A stretch of 64,000 nucleotides of DNA from Deltaproteobacteria bacterium (GTDB lineage Bacteria > Desulfobacterota > Binatia > Binatales > Binataceae): contig DAHVFB010000002.1 of the NCBI GenBank assembly GCA_027317185.1, positions 10,360 through 74,359 of the forward strand. Direction: 5' to 3'. A program made the position numbers and the translations under genes. The notes below the pieces were generated by a model. It saw only the letters and a list, made by a program, of their open reading frames with translations. It was not told where the DNA came from and ran no database searches. Of the stretch, positions 19,235-28,544 are shown piece by piece; the first letter of the stretch is position 1; each line of letters opens with the position of its first letter.

Positions 19235-21004
19235 TCACACCGAGTTGCTCAGGCGGGTCACCAGCATGTTCTCAAGAAAAAGGCAGTCGATTCCCGTGTT
19301 CAGAAAGGTTTCCAGCGCTTCACGTGGAGTGTTAACGATCGGCTGTCCCTTGACGTTGAAGCTGGTATTGAGGACCATCTCGCGGCCGGTCGCCCAGCCC
19401 ACCGCGCGAAGCAGATTGTGAAAGTCGGGATTGTCGGTAGCTGAAACCGTCTGCATGCGTGCGGAGCCATCCACATGCGTGATAGCCGGCAGCGTCGCGC
19501 GATGTTCGGGCCGCACATCCACGGTCGCAATCATGTAGGGATAGAGCGCCCCCGGCGCCACTTCGAACCAGCGATCGGCCTCCTCGATCGTGACCGCCGG
19601 TGCGAACGGCCGGAACGCCTCACGCTTTTTGACCATTGCGTTGATCCGATCACGCATCTCGGGATGGGCCGGATCGGCGAGAATACTGCGATTGCCGAGT
19701 GCGCGTGGTCCGAACTCCATTCGTCCGCGGTACCACGCCAGCACCTTCCCTTGCTTGATGAAATTGGCGGCTTCGCTGCTGGTCTGATCGAGGTCGTTGA
19801 AGCGTCTCACTTTGATTCGATCCGCGAACTGTGCGACTGCGGTATCGATCGCCGGCTGGGAATATCGGGGGCCGAGAAACGGGACCGGCATGCGCTGATT
19901 CATCACCTCACCCTTAAGCGCAGCGCGATGAAGCGCCGCACCGAGCGAGGTGCCATCGTCGCCGGCCGCGGGCTGCACATAGATTTCGTCGAACAATCCG
20001 GACCGCATGAGTCTGCCATTGGCGGTACAGTTAAGCGCGACGCCACCCGCCATCGCGAGTCTGCGCAATCCGGTTTCGCGGGCGAAATGGCTGACGATGT
20101 GCATGATCACCCGATCGAGACAAGCCTGCAGCGCCGCCGCGACATCGCAGTGATCGCGGCTGATTTCGTCAGCCGGATCGCGCCGGGCAATTAGATTGTC
20201 GGCCAGCCATTGACGCGTTTGCAGATAATTTTCGCGTTCATCGCGAGTGCGATTCAGGCGCAGAATCGGGATGTGCACGGAGCCGTCAGGGCGGCACTCA
20301 ATGGCATTGCGGAAGACCGGTTCGTAGTGCGCCGGATCGCCGTAGGGCGCCAACCCCATGATTTTGTATTCATCGGAATTGAAATCGAAACCGAGATGAA
20401 GCGTAACCAGCGAATATAGGATCCCGATGGAATCGTTGGCCGATAGCTCACGCAGCTTCTGCAACCGTCCTTCGTGCGCTCGATAAATTGAGACACTCTG
20501 CGACTCCCCCATCCCATCGATCACGATTACCAGGCACTCGTTCCATCCGGAGGTGAAGTAGGCGCTCGCGGCGTGACATAAATGGTGATCGACCTGATGA
20601 ACCGATGCGGGTGGAAAGTCTGGACAATGACGGGCTATCTGTTCCAGCAGGGCGTGCTTCGAGTAAACCGTCTCATAGCGACGAGCGTAGAGCGGATCGA
20701 GCGAAAAAACGGCCTTGTGACGGGAATAATCGAAGGAATGGGCAACCTCGCTGACATCGCCAAGTGAAATGCCGGCTTCTCGCAGACAATAGTTGATCGC
20801 TTCGATGGGGAAATCGCCGCAATGCTTCTTGCCATTGAAGCGCTCTTCGGCTGCGGCCGCGACCACCGTGCCGTCGACGATCAACGCTGCGGCGGCATCA
20901 AACCCCTGCAAAATTCTGTACTCACGCTCATCCAATCCGGACCAATTCGCCTGCTTAAAACTGAGCGAATTGGCCAGTCCGCTGATTCCGAGGATTGCAC
21001 TCAT
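19235..21004 (-). CDS. Carbamoyltransferase (NodU/CmcH/TobZ family; alternative start 21061)
   Basis: AAEERF, HHLCHAASA, DG.GE, EYKIMGLAPYG, GGVALN, EFGPRALGNRS, KKREAFRPFAP, LNTSFN. Confidence 0.95.
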   Translation of the reverse strand: MSAILGISGLANSLSFKQANWSGLDEREYRILQGFDAAAALIVDGTVVAAAAEERFNGKKHCGDFPIEAINYCLREAGISLGDVSEVAHSFDYSRHKAVFSLDPLYARRYETVYSKHALLEQIARHCPDFPPASVHQVDHHLCHAASAYFTSGWNECLVIVIDGMGESQSVSIYRAHEGRLQKLRELSANDSIGILYSLVTLHLGFDFNSDEYKIMGLAPYGDPAHYEPVFRNAIECRPDGSVHIPILRLNRTRDERENYLQTRQWLADNLIARRDPADEISRDHCDVAAALQACLDRVIMHIVSHFARETGLRRLAMAGGVALNCTANGRLMRSGLFDEIYVQPAAGDDGTSLGAALHRAALKGEVMNQRMPVPFLGPRYSQPAIDTAVAQFADRIKVRRFNDLDQTSSEAANFIKQGKVLAWYRGRMEFGPRALGNRSILADPAHPEMRDRINAMVKKREAFRPFAPAVTIEEADRWFEVAPGALYPYMIATVDVRPEHRATLPAITHVDGSARMQTVSATDNPDFHNLLRAVGWATGREMVLNTSFNVKGQPIVNTPREALETFLNTGIDCLFLENMLVTRLSNSV

Positions 21005-21278
21005 TATTACACCTATTCGAGGCGATTGAGCCGCGCCATTGCCGACAGTCGCCTTTTCCAAACGGCGCTCGCTTGCCTTGGACCGATACTGCCATTTTCA
21101 GCAATTTTAAAATGGATAAAACCTACGTCTGGGAGTGCCGCTTTGGTTCACCGTTGCCATTCAAGGCGAAACGGTTTCGCTCTTTGGTACGAATCGGCAG
21201 GCGAGGCCGAAAATGCCCCGTAGCGGTTGGTTCTTTTCCCAAACAGGACCAGGCGGACGCGACTTGGGCCCGGCGCGG

Positions 21279-21491
21279 TCAAAGTGTCCAGCGCTCGAGG
21301 TCGGGCGGAGAATCGAGTTGCACGCGATCGCCGTTGCTCGGCGCATCACCCGGCGCTGCCGGTATCCATCCCGCGCCAACCTGCCGCAGCTTGACGACCT
21401 TCAGGGCCCCATCATCGGTCACGTGGAGCTTGTAGCGATGCCTCCCGTTGGGCGACTGCAAGGTGATTTCGGCGTAAGCGAATTCGTCCAC
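21279..21491 (-). CDS. Small hypothetical protein
   Basis: ATG-initiated 70-aa ORF with natural-looking composition in an otherwise empty gap. Confidence 0.45.
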   Translation of the reverse strand: MDEFAYAEITLQSPNGRHRYKLHVTDDGALKVVKLRQVGAGWIPAAPGDAPSNGDRVQLDSPPDLERWTL

Positions 21492-21649
21492 TTCGGTTCA
21501 CCATCCGATCAGATTCGCCAGGCTAAACGCATTGATGCCTGCTTTTTCGATTATTATTGCTTCCGCAGTGGGTGCATGCCCGAGTCAAACCGAAACGCTA
21601 TCGGGCATTGCTACGCTGAACATGCTGAACGCGAGAGGAAGATTGGAAC

Positions 21650-22840
21650 ATGAAGATATTTGCATTTTGCGCGGGGCTGGCACTGGCGATTTCGTTGGCA
21701 AGCCTGAGTCGCAACGCTCAGGCACAAACATCGCCTCTGCCACCGCTCAACGATCCGCTTTACATCCGGCTGATGGCCCAAACTTCTCCAACCCAAGCGG
21801 AAGTTGTGGAAGGAGCCAGCGTGAAGCATTCCGCCTATGAGCTTTACATCGCTAATTACGGTGGCACCCCGATGAAGATTGCCGAAGTGACAATCAGCGG
21901 CAAACATCGGGGCAAACTGACGCTGGAGGAACATCATGCCGGGGAGGACTTGAAAAATATGTTCAAGTTGGCTTCCGGCAAAACGGAGCAGGAATCTCAA
22001 GCAATATTGGAACCTGGTGCGAGTGCGGCGATTTTTTTATTTCCAGCGCTGACTTCGGATCGCCCAACGCCGGACCGGTTTGAAACCGCAATCAAAGTCG
22101 AGGGGCAGGGCGATCACGGCGGTTCGGGCACGATTCACGTTGCGCCCATAATGGTCGATCGCGCTCCTCCAGTCGTAATCACTTCGCCGGTAGATGGGCC
22201 CGATTGGCAGGCGGCGAATGGTCCGTCAAATACCTCCGCGCATCGCCGCGCTCTCCTGTTCGTCAACGGGCGCGGCCGAATTGGACAACGGTATGCAATC
22301 GACTGGGTTCAGTTGGGCAATAATGGCCTGACCTACCGGGGCGATGAACACCGCAACGCCAGCTATTTCGCGTACGACCACGAAATCCGCGCCGTCGCCG
22401 ACGGGACCATTGTCGATGTTAAAGATGGAATACCTGAAAATACGCCGAACTCAGACAAGACTGCAGTGCAAATTACCTATGACACGCTGGCAGGTAATCG
22501 CATTGTCGAGGACCTCGGAGGCGGCCGCTTCGCGGCGTATGCCCATCTTCGCCCCGGCACGATCACAGTCAAACGTGGCAGCCACGTTCATGCGGGCCAG
22601 ATAATCGGGCGCCTGGGCAACACCGGTAACTCCAGCGAGCCACATCTGCATTTCCAAATTTGCGATGCGCCGTCGTTCGTCGACTCGGAAGGTCTGCCGT
22701 TTGCGATAGACCGTTTTACCCGTCAGAGCTATCGGATCAGCACGGATACGGCGGGCAAGCAGCACCTGACGACCGGTTCCGGTGTCCAGATTTCCAACCA
22801 GGAACCGATGGAAAACGAGCTCGACAACTTCAGGCGCTAG
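21650..22840 (+). CDS. Secreted M23 family metallopeptidase
   Basis: Signal peptide; YAH, GNTGNSSEPHLH; H...YAID motif. Confidence 0.88.
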   Translation: MKIFAFCAGLALAISLASLSRNAQAQTSPLPPLNDPLYIRLMAQTSPTQAEVVEGASVKHSAYELYIANYGGTPMKIAEVTISGKHRGKLTLEEHHAGEDLKNMFKLASGKTEQESQAILEPGASAAIFLFPALTSDRPTPDRFETAIKVEGQGDHGGSGTIHVAPIMVDRAPPVVITSPVDGPDWQAANGPSNTSAHRRALLFVNGRGRIGQRYAIDWVQLGNNGLTYRGDEHRNASYFAYDHEIRAVADGTIVDVKDGIPENTPNSDKTAVQITYDTLAGNRIVEDLGGGRFAAYAHLRPGTITVKRGSHVHAGQIIGRLGNTGNSSEPHLHFQICDAPSFVDSEGLPFAIDRFTRQSYRISTDTAGKQHLTTGSGVQISNQEPMENELDNFRR

Positions 22841-23253
22841 TGACTATTCGACCACTCCAACGAAGTGAAATTCTGAATTTTCCAATTAACGAAATCGGGC
22901 TGAGTAGCGGGATTCATCACCTGCTCAGCCCGAGCAATCTGTTCCAGCGCCGTCCGCAACCTCGCCGGTTCAATTTCGAGGGCATCACAAATCGCTTCGT
23001 AACTGAACGGACCTACGCCGCCATCGCTTCTGATCCAATTTTCAGCCTCATGCGAAAGCATCAGGTCCCGGGTCTTGTTGGAGCCGCGCTTTTTCAGGTA
23101 ACAAACGATGGCGTCTTCGAGCACGGCGAACAGCAGCCGGCGCTCGCCTTCGAGCGCCCGGCGCCGTCTCGTCAGATCGTAAAACTGGCCCGGCAGCAGA
23201 CACATGTACTCGAGATCTTGGCCAAGGATGTCCGTGTCGCCATTGAATAGCAT
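22837..23253 (-). CDS. Conserved-looking hypothetical protein
   Basis: LPGQFYD, GERRLLFAVLEDAI, AENWI, FSYEAICDALEIEP motifs. Confidence 0.7.
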   Translation of the reverse strand: MLFNGDTDILGQDLEYMCLLPGQFYDLTRRRRALEGERRLLFAVLEDAIVCYLKKRGSNKTRDLMLSHEAENWIRSDGGVGPFSYEAICDALEIEPARLRTALEQIARAEQVMNPATQPDFVNWKIQNFTSLEWSNSH

Positions 23254-23563
23254 AGAACCCTCAGTACTTTTGACGCAGGCGCTGAATTCTGTATCGGCGT
23301 TTCCAGCGCGTGGGCTCAGATTGATACGTCTGCTGATCTTGCGTCATGGTCTGCTTCTTTCCAGTCACTTTCAGGATGATGGTGGGCAGGAGCGGGTTCA
23401 TGCAGGCACTGACGCGGATGGACGATTAGCGGGATATCCATAACCCCTAAAAAATGTTTGATTGCTCATTTGGGCAATCTTAGCGAAAGAAATCCCTTTT
23501 CATCAGAAGCATAAATTGCATTGGTCATCGTGAAGCCCTTCTGGTTGTTATGGGGAATCTATT

Positions 23564-24862
23564 TTGAGTAGCCGCCTTGCAGCTACTCAAGCTCGTTCGC
23601 CAAAGGCCGCGCCCGGTTCGGCGCAAAGCCGGCTGCTGGCTGCCGGCCTAATCGGAAACGTTCTGGAATGGTATGACTTTTCGCTGTACGGATATTTCGC
23701 CGCCTCGATTGGACAGCACTTTTTTCCCTCGCGCAGTCCCGCGGTATCATTGATGGTGGCGTTCGCCGTCTTCAGCGCGGGCTTCCTGACCCGTCCGCTG
23801 GGCGCGATCCTCTTCGGCTATATCGGCGATCACTATGGCCGCGAGCGCGCCTTGATGCTGTCCATACTCGCGATGGCGGTGCCGACCTTCGTCACCGGAT
23901 TGTTGCCCGGCTACGCCAAAATCGGCGCGGCGGCCTCGATCCTGATGGTTATTCTTCGGCTCACCCAGGGGCTTTCCGCCGGTGGCGAATACACCACGTC
24001 AATCGTGTTTTTGGCCGAACGTTCGACCCAGATGGGACGCGGCTTCATGGCCTCGTGCGGACTGTTTGGCAGTATCGCGGGTGGGATGCTCGGCTCGGCG
24101 GCCGGCGCGCTACTGAGTCATTTGATGACACCGGAAAATGTGGATGCCTGGGGATGGCGAATACCCTTCGTACTCGGCATTGTGCTCGCGTTCGTGGGCA
24201 TACTGATCCGGCGCGATTTACCGCATACCGCGCATCCTCGCAGCGAGCCGGCAGCCGCGATGGCGCGCGCGATCATTACGCAATGGCGGGCGTTGCTGCA
24301 TGTAACTGGGTTCGAGTTGCTCGAAGCGGTGGGGTTCTACACGACCTTCATATATCTGGCCACCTACATGACACAGGTGGTTCATCTTTCTCAGCCACAC
24401 GCCTTCGCGGTTAATACCTTGAGCATGGGTTTCGTACTGTTCATCATTCCGCTGGCTGGATGGATGTCGGACCGGATCGGACGCAAGCCGGTTTTGCTTA
24501 CCGCCGCCGTCTGCGCGCTCGCGTTCGCCTGGCCATTATTCCGCCTGTTCCAGCGCGGTTCGTTTGGCTCCGCGCTGTTCGCCGAGCTGGGCCTGGCGGC
24601 AATTATCGGATGTTACGAGGGTGCAACTCCCGCAGCCGCCGCGGAAGCTTTTCCGGCCGGTATTCGAGCCACCGGCGTTGCCGTGGCATTCAATCTCTGT
24701 ATGACGCTGTTTGGTGGAACCACTCCGATGGTGGCAACCTACCTGATTGAACGTACCCGCAGTCCCATGGCGCCGGCGGTATATCTAATGATTGCGGCTG
24801 CACTTTCAACAATCGCGATACTTACCTTATCGGAAACCGCACACGACCCCCTGAAAGATTGA
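23564..24862 (+). CDS. MFS transporter, MHS/ProP family
   Basis: GNVLEWYDF, GDHYGR, QGLSAGGEY, WGWRIPF, SDRIGRK. Confidence 0.93.
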   Translation: MSSRLAATQARSPKAAPGSAQSRLLAAGLIGNVLEWYDFSLYGYFAASIGQHFFPSRSPAVSLMVAFAVFSAGFLTRPLGAILFGYIGDHYGRERALMLSILAMAVPTFVTGLLPGYAKIGAAASILMVILRLTQGLSAGGEYTTSIVFLAERSTQMGRGFMASCGLFGSIAGGMLGSAAGALLSHLMTPENVDAWGWRIPFVLGIVLAFVGILIRRDLPHTAHPRSEPAAAMARAIITQWRALLHVTGFELLEAVGFYTTFIYLATYMTQVVHLSQPHAFAVNTLSMGFVLFIIPLAGWMSDRIGRKPVLLTAAVCALAFAWPLFRLFQRGSFGSALFAELGLAAIIGCYEGATPAAAAEAFPAGIRATGVAVAFNLCMTLFGGTTPMVATYLIERTRSPMAPAVYLMIAAALSTIAILTLSETAHDPLKD

Positions 24863-24871
24863 ACAAGCTAT

Positions 24872-24886
24872 TGGCTCGGCATTTGC
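24872..24886 (+). promoter_or_regulatory. Putative sigma54 (-24/-12) promoter of the AI-2E gene
   Basis: TGGCTCGGCATTTGC: GG-N10-GC with TGGC and TTGC. Confidence 0.55.
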
Positions 24887-24909
24887 TTCCTTCTCTGCCC
24901 GGTCATTGC

Positions 24910-26766
24910 TTGGAAACCACCAATCAGAACTCCAACCCTGAACTCGTCGAAGACGGACATGTCGGCGTCAGCCGCGCGGCGCGCCCAATTATCGGCGTGA
25001 TCATCGGAACCGCGGTCCTTTATTTCGGGCGTGAGGTTCTTCTTCCACTCGCGGTCGCCACCATTTTGGCGGTGATCTTCAGCCCTATCGCAGATCGACT
25101 AGAGCCGTGGCTGGGCCGTCTGATCAGCACTGCGCTGGTGGTTTTGACCGCAATCGTGGTGGCCGCCGGCATCGGTTATTTCCTGACCGTCGAGCTGGCT
25201 TCGGTCGCCCTGCAGATGACCGACTATACCGATAACATCGCGCGCAAAGTATCGGCGGTCGAGAGAAGCCAGCCGGCATGGCTGCAACGGGTCGAAAACG
25301 CCATCAAGGAAGTCGAAAACCAGGTGCAACGTTCGCAGCCCCGCGTACGGCAGCGAAAACCGACGATGGTACAGACGGTGCCTGCTTCACCCCAGGTTCA
25401 GGAGGTGGTGAAGAGCGTCCTCCCGGTGTTGTCCGGCGTGATCGAAACCCTGCTGATCATCGTGCTGTTGTTTTTTATGCTGCACGAACGCCGAAACCTG
25501 CGTGATCGATTTGTCAGATTGTGCGCACGGGGGCGGATCACAGTAGCGGCGGAGGCGATCGATACCGCCGGACATGCGGTCAGCCATTATCTATTTTTAA
25601 TTTCAGTAATCAATTTTGCTTTCGGCGTTTCGATTGGAATTGTCCTCGCGATCCTCGGCCTGCCGAACCCGTGGCTATGGGGCGTCATCGCTTTTTTGCT
25701 GCGGTACGTGCCCTATGTCGGGGCGTTCATGGCGGGATTATTGCCGACTTTGGTGGCTTTTGCGGTATTTCCCGGATGGGGTAAGTCGCTCGAGGTGTTG
25801 GGCGCGTTCATTGTGTTGGATCAAGTGTCGGCACAGTTCCTGGAGCCAGTTCTGGTCGGGCGCGGAATCGGCGTTTCGCCGGTAGCGCTACTGGTCTCGG
25901 CCATGTATTGGGCGTGGCTGTGGGGGCCGGCAGGCTTGCTCCTGGCGACGCCACTGACGACTTGTTTCAAGGTCGCGGGAGACTACCTTCCAGCCCTCGG
26001 GTTCTTTTCGATCCTGCTAGGGGCAGATGGCAAACTTGAAGATTACAACGATTACTACCGAATGTTGCTTGAACTCGATGAATCAGGCGCACGCGCACTC
26101 GCAATCCGCTACTGCAACGAGCACGGCCTGGAAGCGACTTTCAACGATTTGCTGATTCCCGCCGTGATGCTGGCCGGCGACGAGCGCGCACAGAACCATA
26201 TTCCCGAGGAGAACGAGCGCTTCGTGATGGACGTCACGCGCCAGTTAATTGCTGATCTTGGAAGTCGTTTCAGCAAGGCCCGGATCATCCCTAATCTGCG
26301 CATCTTCGGCATCTGTGCGCCCGGCGAGGTACACAATATCGGCCTTCTTATCCTGCTCGAGCTGCTGCGGCTCGATGGCGCCGCTGCCCGTTACTCAGGC
26401 GATAATCAATCGCGCGACGAGATTCGCGAATACACCAGACGCTATTCACCCGATGTGCTGTGCATTTCATGTGTCAGCGATCAGAGCCTGCCGGTAACGA
26501 TCGAGCTTACCCGGGAGCTCAAGCTGGATCTGCCCAATCTGGCAATCTTCGCCGGCGGAACCGCCGCGATGGCCGGATCGAATGAACTCCTGAAGGCTGG
26601 ATGCATGCAAGTATGCGCGACCAAGGAGAAAGCCAGACGCGATATTCTGCGCTTCGCCCAACGCCGCTTTCGCCTGCGCGCGGTCCCCCCACCATCGCCT
26701 GCGACGGAGCGTCAACCGGCTGCCGCCGGGGCGGAAGCCGCGCCTCGTCAAAATCGCAACATCTGA
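24910..26766 (+). CDS. AI-2E family transporter with a C-terminal cobalamin-binding-like domain (start uncertain)
   Basis: LRYVPYVG, EP.LVGRGIGVSP, WLWGPAGLLLATPLT; C-terminal GEVHNIG...ISC...GG Rossmann motif. Confidence 0.88.
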   Translation: METTNQNSNPELVEDGHVGVSRAARPIIGVIIGTAVLYFGREVLLPLAVATILAVIFSPIADRLEPWLGRLISTALVVLTAIVVAAGIGYFLTVELASVALQMTDYTDNIARKVSAVERSQPAWLQRVENAIKEVENQVQRSQPRVRQRKPTMVQTVPASPQVQEVVKSVLPVLSGVIETLLIIVLLFFMLHERRNLRDRFVRLCARGRITVAAEAIDTAGHAVSHYLFLISVINFAFGVSIGIVLAILGLPNPWLWGVIAFLLRYVPYVGAFMAGLLPTLVAFAVFPGWGKSLEVLGAFIVLDQVSAQFLEPVLVGRGIGVSPVALLVSAMYWAWLWGPAGLLLATPLTTCFKVAGDYLPALGFFSILLGADGKLEDYNDYYRMLLELDESGARALAIRYCNEHGLEATFNDLLIPAVMLAGDERAQNHIPEENERFVMDVTRQLIADLGSRFSKARIIPNLRIFGICAPGEVHNIGLLILLELLRLDGAAARYSGDNQSRDEIREYTRRYSPDVLCISCVSDQSLPVTIELTRELKLDLPNLAIFAGGTAAMAGSNELLKAGCMQVCATKEKARRDILRFAQRRFRLRAVPPPSPATERQPAAAGAEAAPRQNRNI

Positions 26767-26959
26767 TTCATTGGGCCTTTTTACAAAGAAGCGGACACAA
26801 CTTAGCCGTCGTGCCTGCCCGCGAGCGAATCGCCAATCTTTAATAGTTAACGGCGGACTTTGTAGGGTGAAACTTCACTGCTACAAAGAGCCGTACCTAT
26901 TGAAGCGGGGTTAAGCCGATCGAACAAGCAAAAGCTCACGATGCCATCATCGTAGCCCG

Positions 26960-26974
26960 TGGCATATATCGTGC
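26960..26974 (+). promoter_or_regulatory. Putative sigma54 (-24/-12) promoter
   Basis: TGGCATATATCGTGC: GG-N10-GC in an intergenic region. Confidence 0.45.
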
Positions 26975-27159
26975 GTCCGCGATCATCATCTATAAGCGTA
27001 TAGTCGTTGGCGTATCGCAGATCAGTGGAACATTAAGCGGTTCGCAACCATTTTCTTCGCGCGAGCATACTTAATCGTTCACTTCCGCTGCGAAACGCTC
27101 AAGCTGACGCTTTGGTCCCGCCGACCCGCGTAGGACCGTAAACAAACAACACACTTAGC

Positions 27160-27186
27160 GCTCCGGCCTGGAGTCGGAGCCTTTTT
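27160..27186 (+). terminator. Intrinsic terminator upstream of the sigma54 activator
   Basis: gctccggc-ctgga-gtcggagc stem followed by cttttt. Confidence 0.55.
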
Positions 27187-27255
27187 CCCGGTACGTCCTT
27201 GGCCGCGCTACCGCGATGGTACTGCGCCGTTTTTCGTTGAAGGAATTTAGTTAAG

Positions 27256-28278
27256 ATGATTTCCGCAGCTCACCACAATGAAGTTGCTTGCGGCGACCAG
27301 AGCGCCATGATCGGACGTTCGCCGGCCATGCGCGCGGTGATGGCGACGATTGAAAGGATCGCACAATCTCCGGCTTCGGCCGTGATCACCGGCGAGAGCG
27401 GGACTGGAAAGGAACTGGTAGCCCGTACCATTCATCAACTCTCAGCGCGCCGGGATGCCCCCTACGTAGCCGTTAACTGCGCGGCGATCCCTGAAAGCCT
27501 GATGGAAAGCGAGCTTTTCGGACATGAGCGTGGTGCTTTCACCGGGGCGGATCGCAGGCAGGAAGGCTGCTTCGAGATGGCCAACGGCGGCACTCTGTTG
27601 CTCGACGAAATTACCGAGATGAAGGCTGGTCTGCAGGCGAAGCTTCTGCGAGTACTGGAAGAGCATCGTCTGCGCAGGGTCGGCGGTTCGGTCGAGCTCT
27701 CGCTGGACGTGCGGGTGCTGGCGACCACCAATCGCAATGTCGAGCAGACCGTCCGTGAGGGCCGCCTGCGTCCCGACCTGTACTATCGGCTCAATATCTT
27801 CACCGTTCATCTGCCCCCGCTTCGCGAGCGAGTCGAAGACCTGCCGATGCTGATCGAGGCGTTTCTGCGGCAGTTCTCGCGCACGGGAGCAAAGGAAATA
27901 ACTGGCATCGACGAAGCCTGCCTCGATTTACTACGCGCGCATCCATGGCCCGGGAATGTCCGCCAGTTGCGCAACGTGATCGAACGGGCCTGTATCGTGT
28001 GTCAGGGCGGACTGATCCGCAAACAAGATTTGCCCGAGGAGTTTCGCAACTGCGGACCGCAGGGCAATGGCTACTTCATGGTGCGGCTGGGAACCTCGCT
28101 GACCGAGGTTGAACGGGAGCTGATTTCGCGAACAATCGACTACGCCGGCGGAAACAAAACCAGGGCAGCACAGATTCTGGGCGTGAGCACACGCACGATC
28201 TACAATAAACTCGACCAATACGCGCAGCCCGATAGCCAGGATGGAACCCACGCCCACTCGCGTGAAACTTTGAACTGA
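27256..28278 (+). CDS. Sigma54-dependent transcriptional activator (AAA+ and Fis-HTH, no N-terminal sensor)
   Basis: GESGTGKE, GAFTGA, LLLDEI, WPGNVRQL, GNKTRAAQILG. Confidence 0.93.
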   Translation: MISAAHHNEVACGDQSAMIGRSPAMRAVMATIERIAQSPASAVITGESGTGKELVARTIHQLSARRDAPYVAVNCAAIPESLMESELFGHERGAFTGADRRQEGCFEMANGGTLLLDEITEMKAGLQAKLLRVLEEHRLRRVGGSVELSLDVRVLATTNRNVEQTVREGRLRPDLYYRLNIFTVHLPPLRERVEDLPMLIEAFLRQFSRTGAKEITGIDEACLDLLRAHPWPGNVRQLRNVIERACIVCQGGLIRKQDLPEEFRNCGPQGNGYFMVRLGTSLTEVERELISRTIDYAGGNKTRAAQILGVSTRTIYNKLDQYAQPDSQDGTHAHSRETLN

Positions 28279-28544
28279 TCCCATTGAACCAATCCGCGGT
28301 GGAGCTTCGGCGTGCTCTGCACGCTGCCGGCGCCTTCCGCGCTTCCACGCCAATTGCAATTCCCTCTTCTCTGGGCTATGGGGAAACGAACGCTTGCAAG
28401 GATAATAGGTATCCAGGGCCGTTGCCTGTGCGATCGGGGCATGTAGCTCATCCCTAAGCCATACCCAACACCTGATCCTCACGACTACAGCTCTGTAACG
28501 CTCTCTTACGCGGAGACGCCATAGAGAGAATGAGGGAAAGTGCC

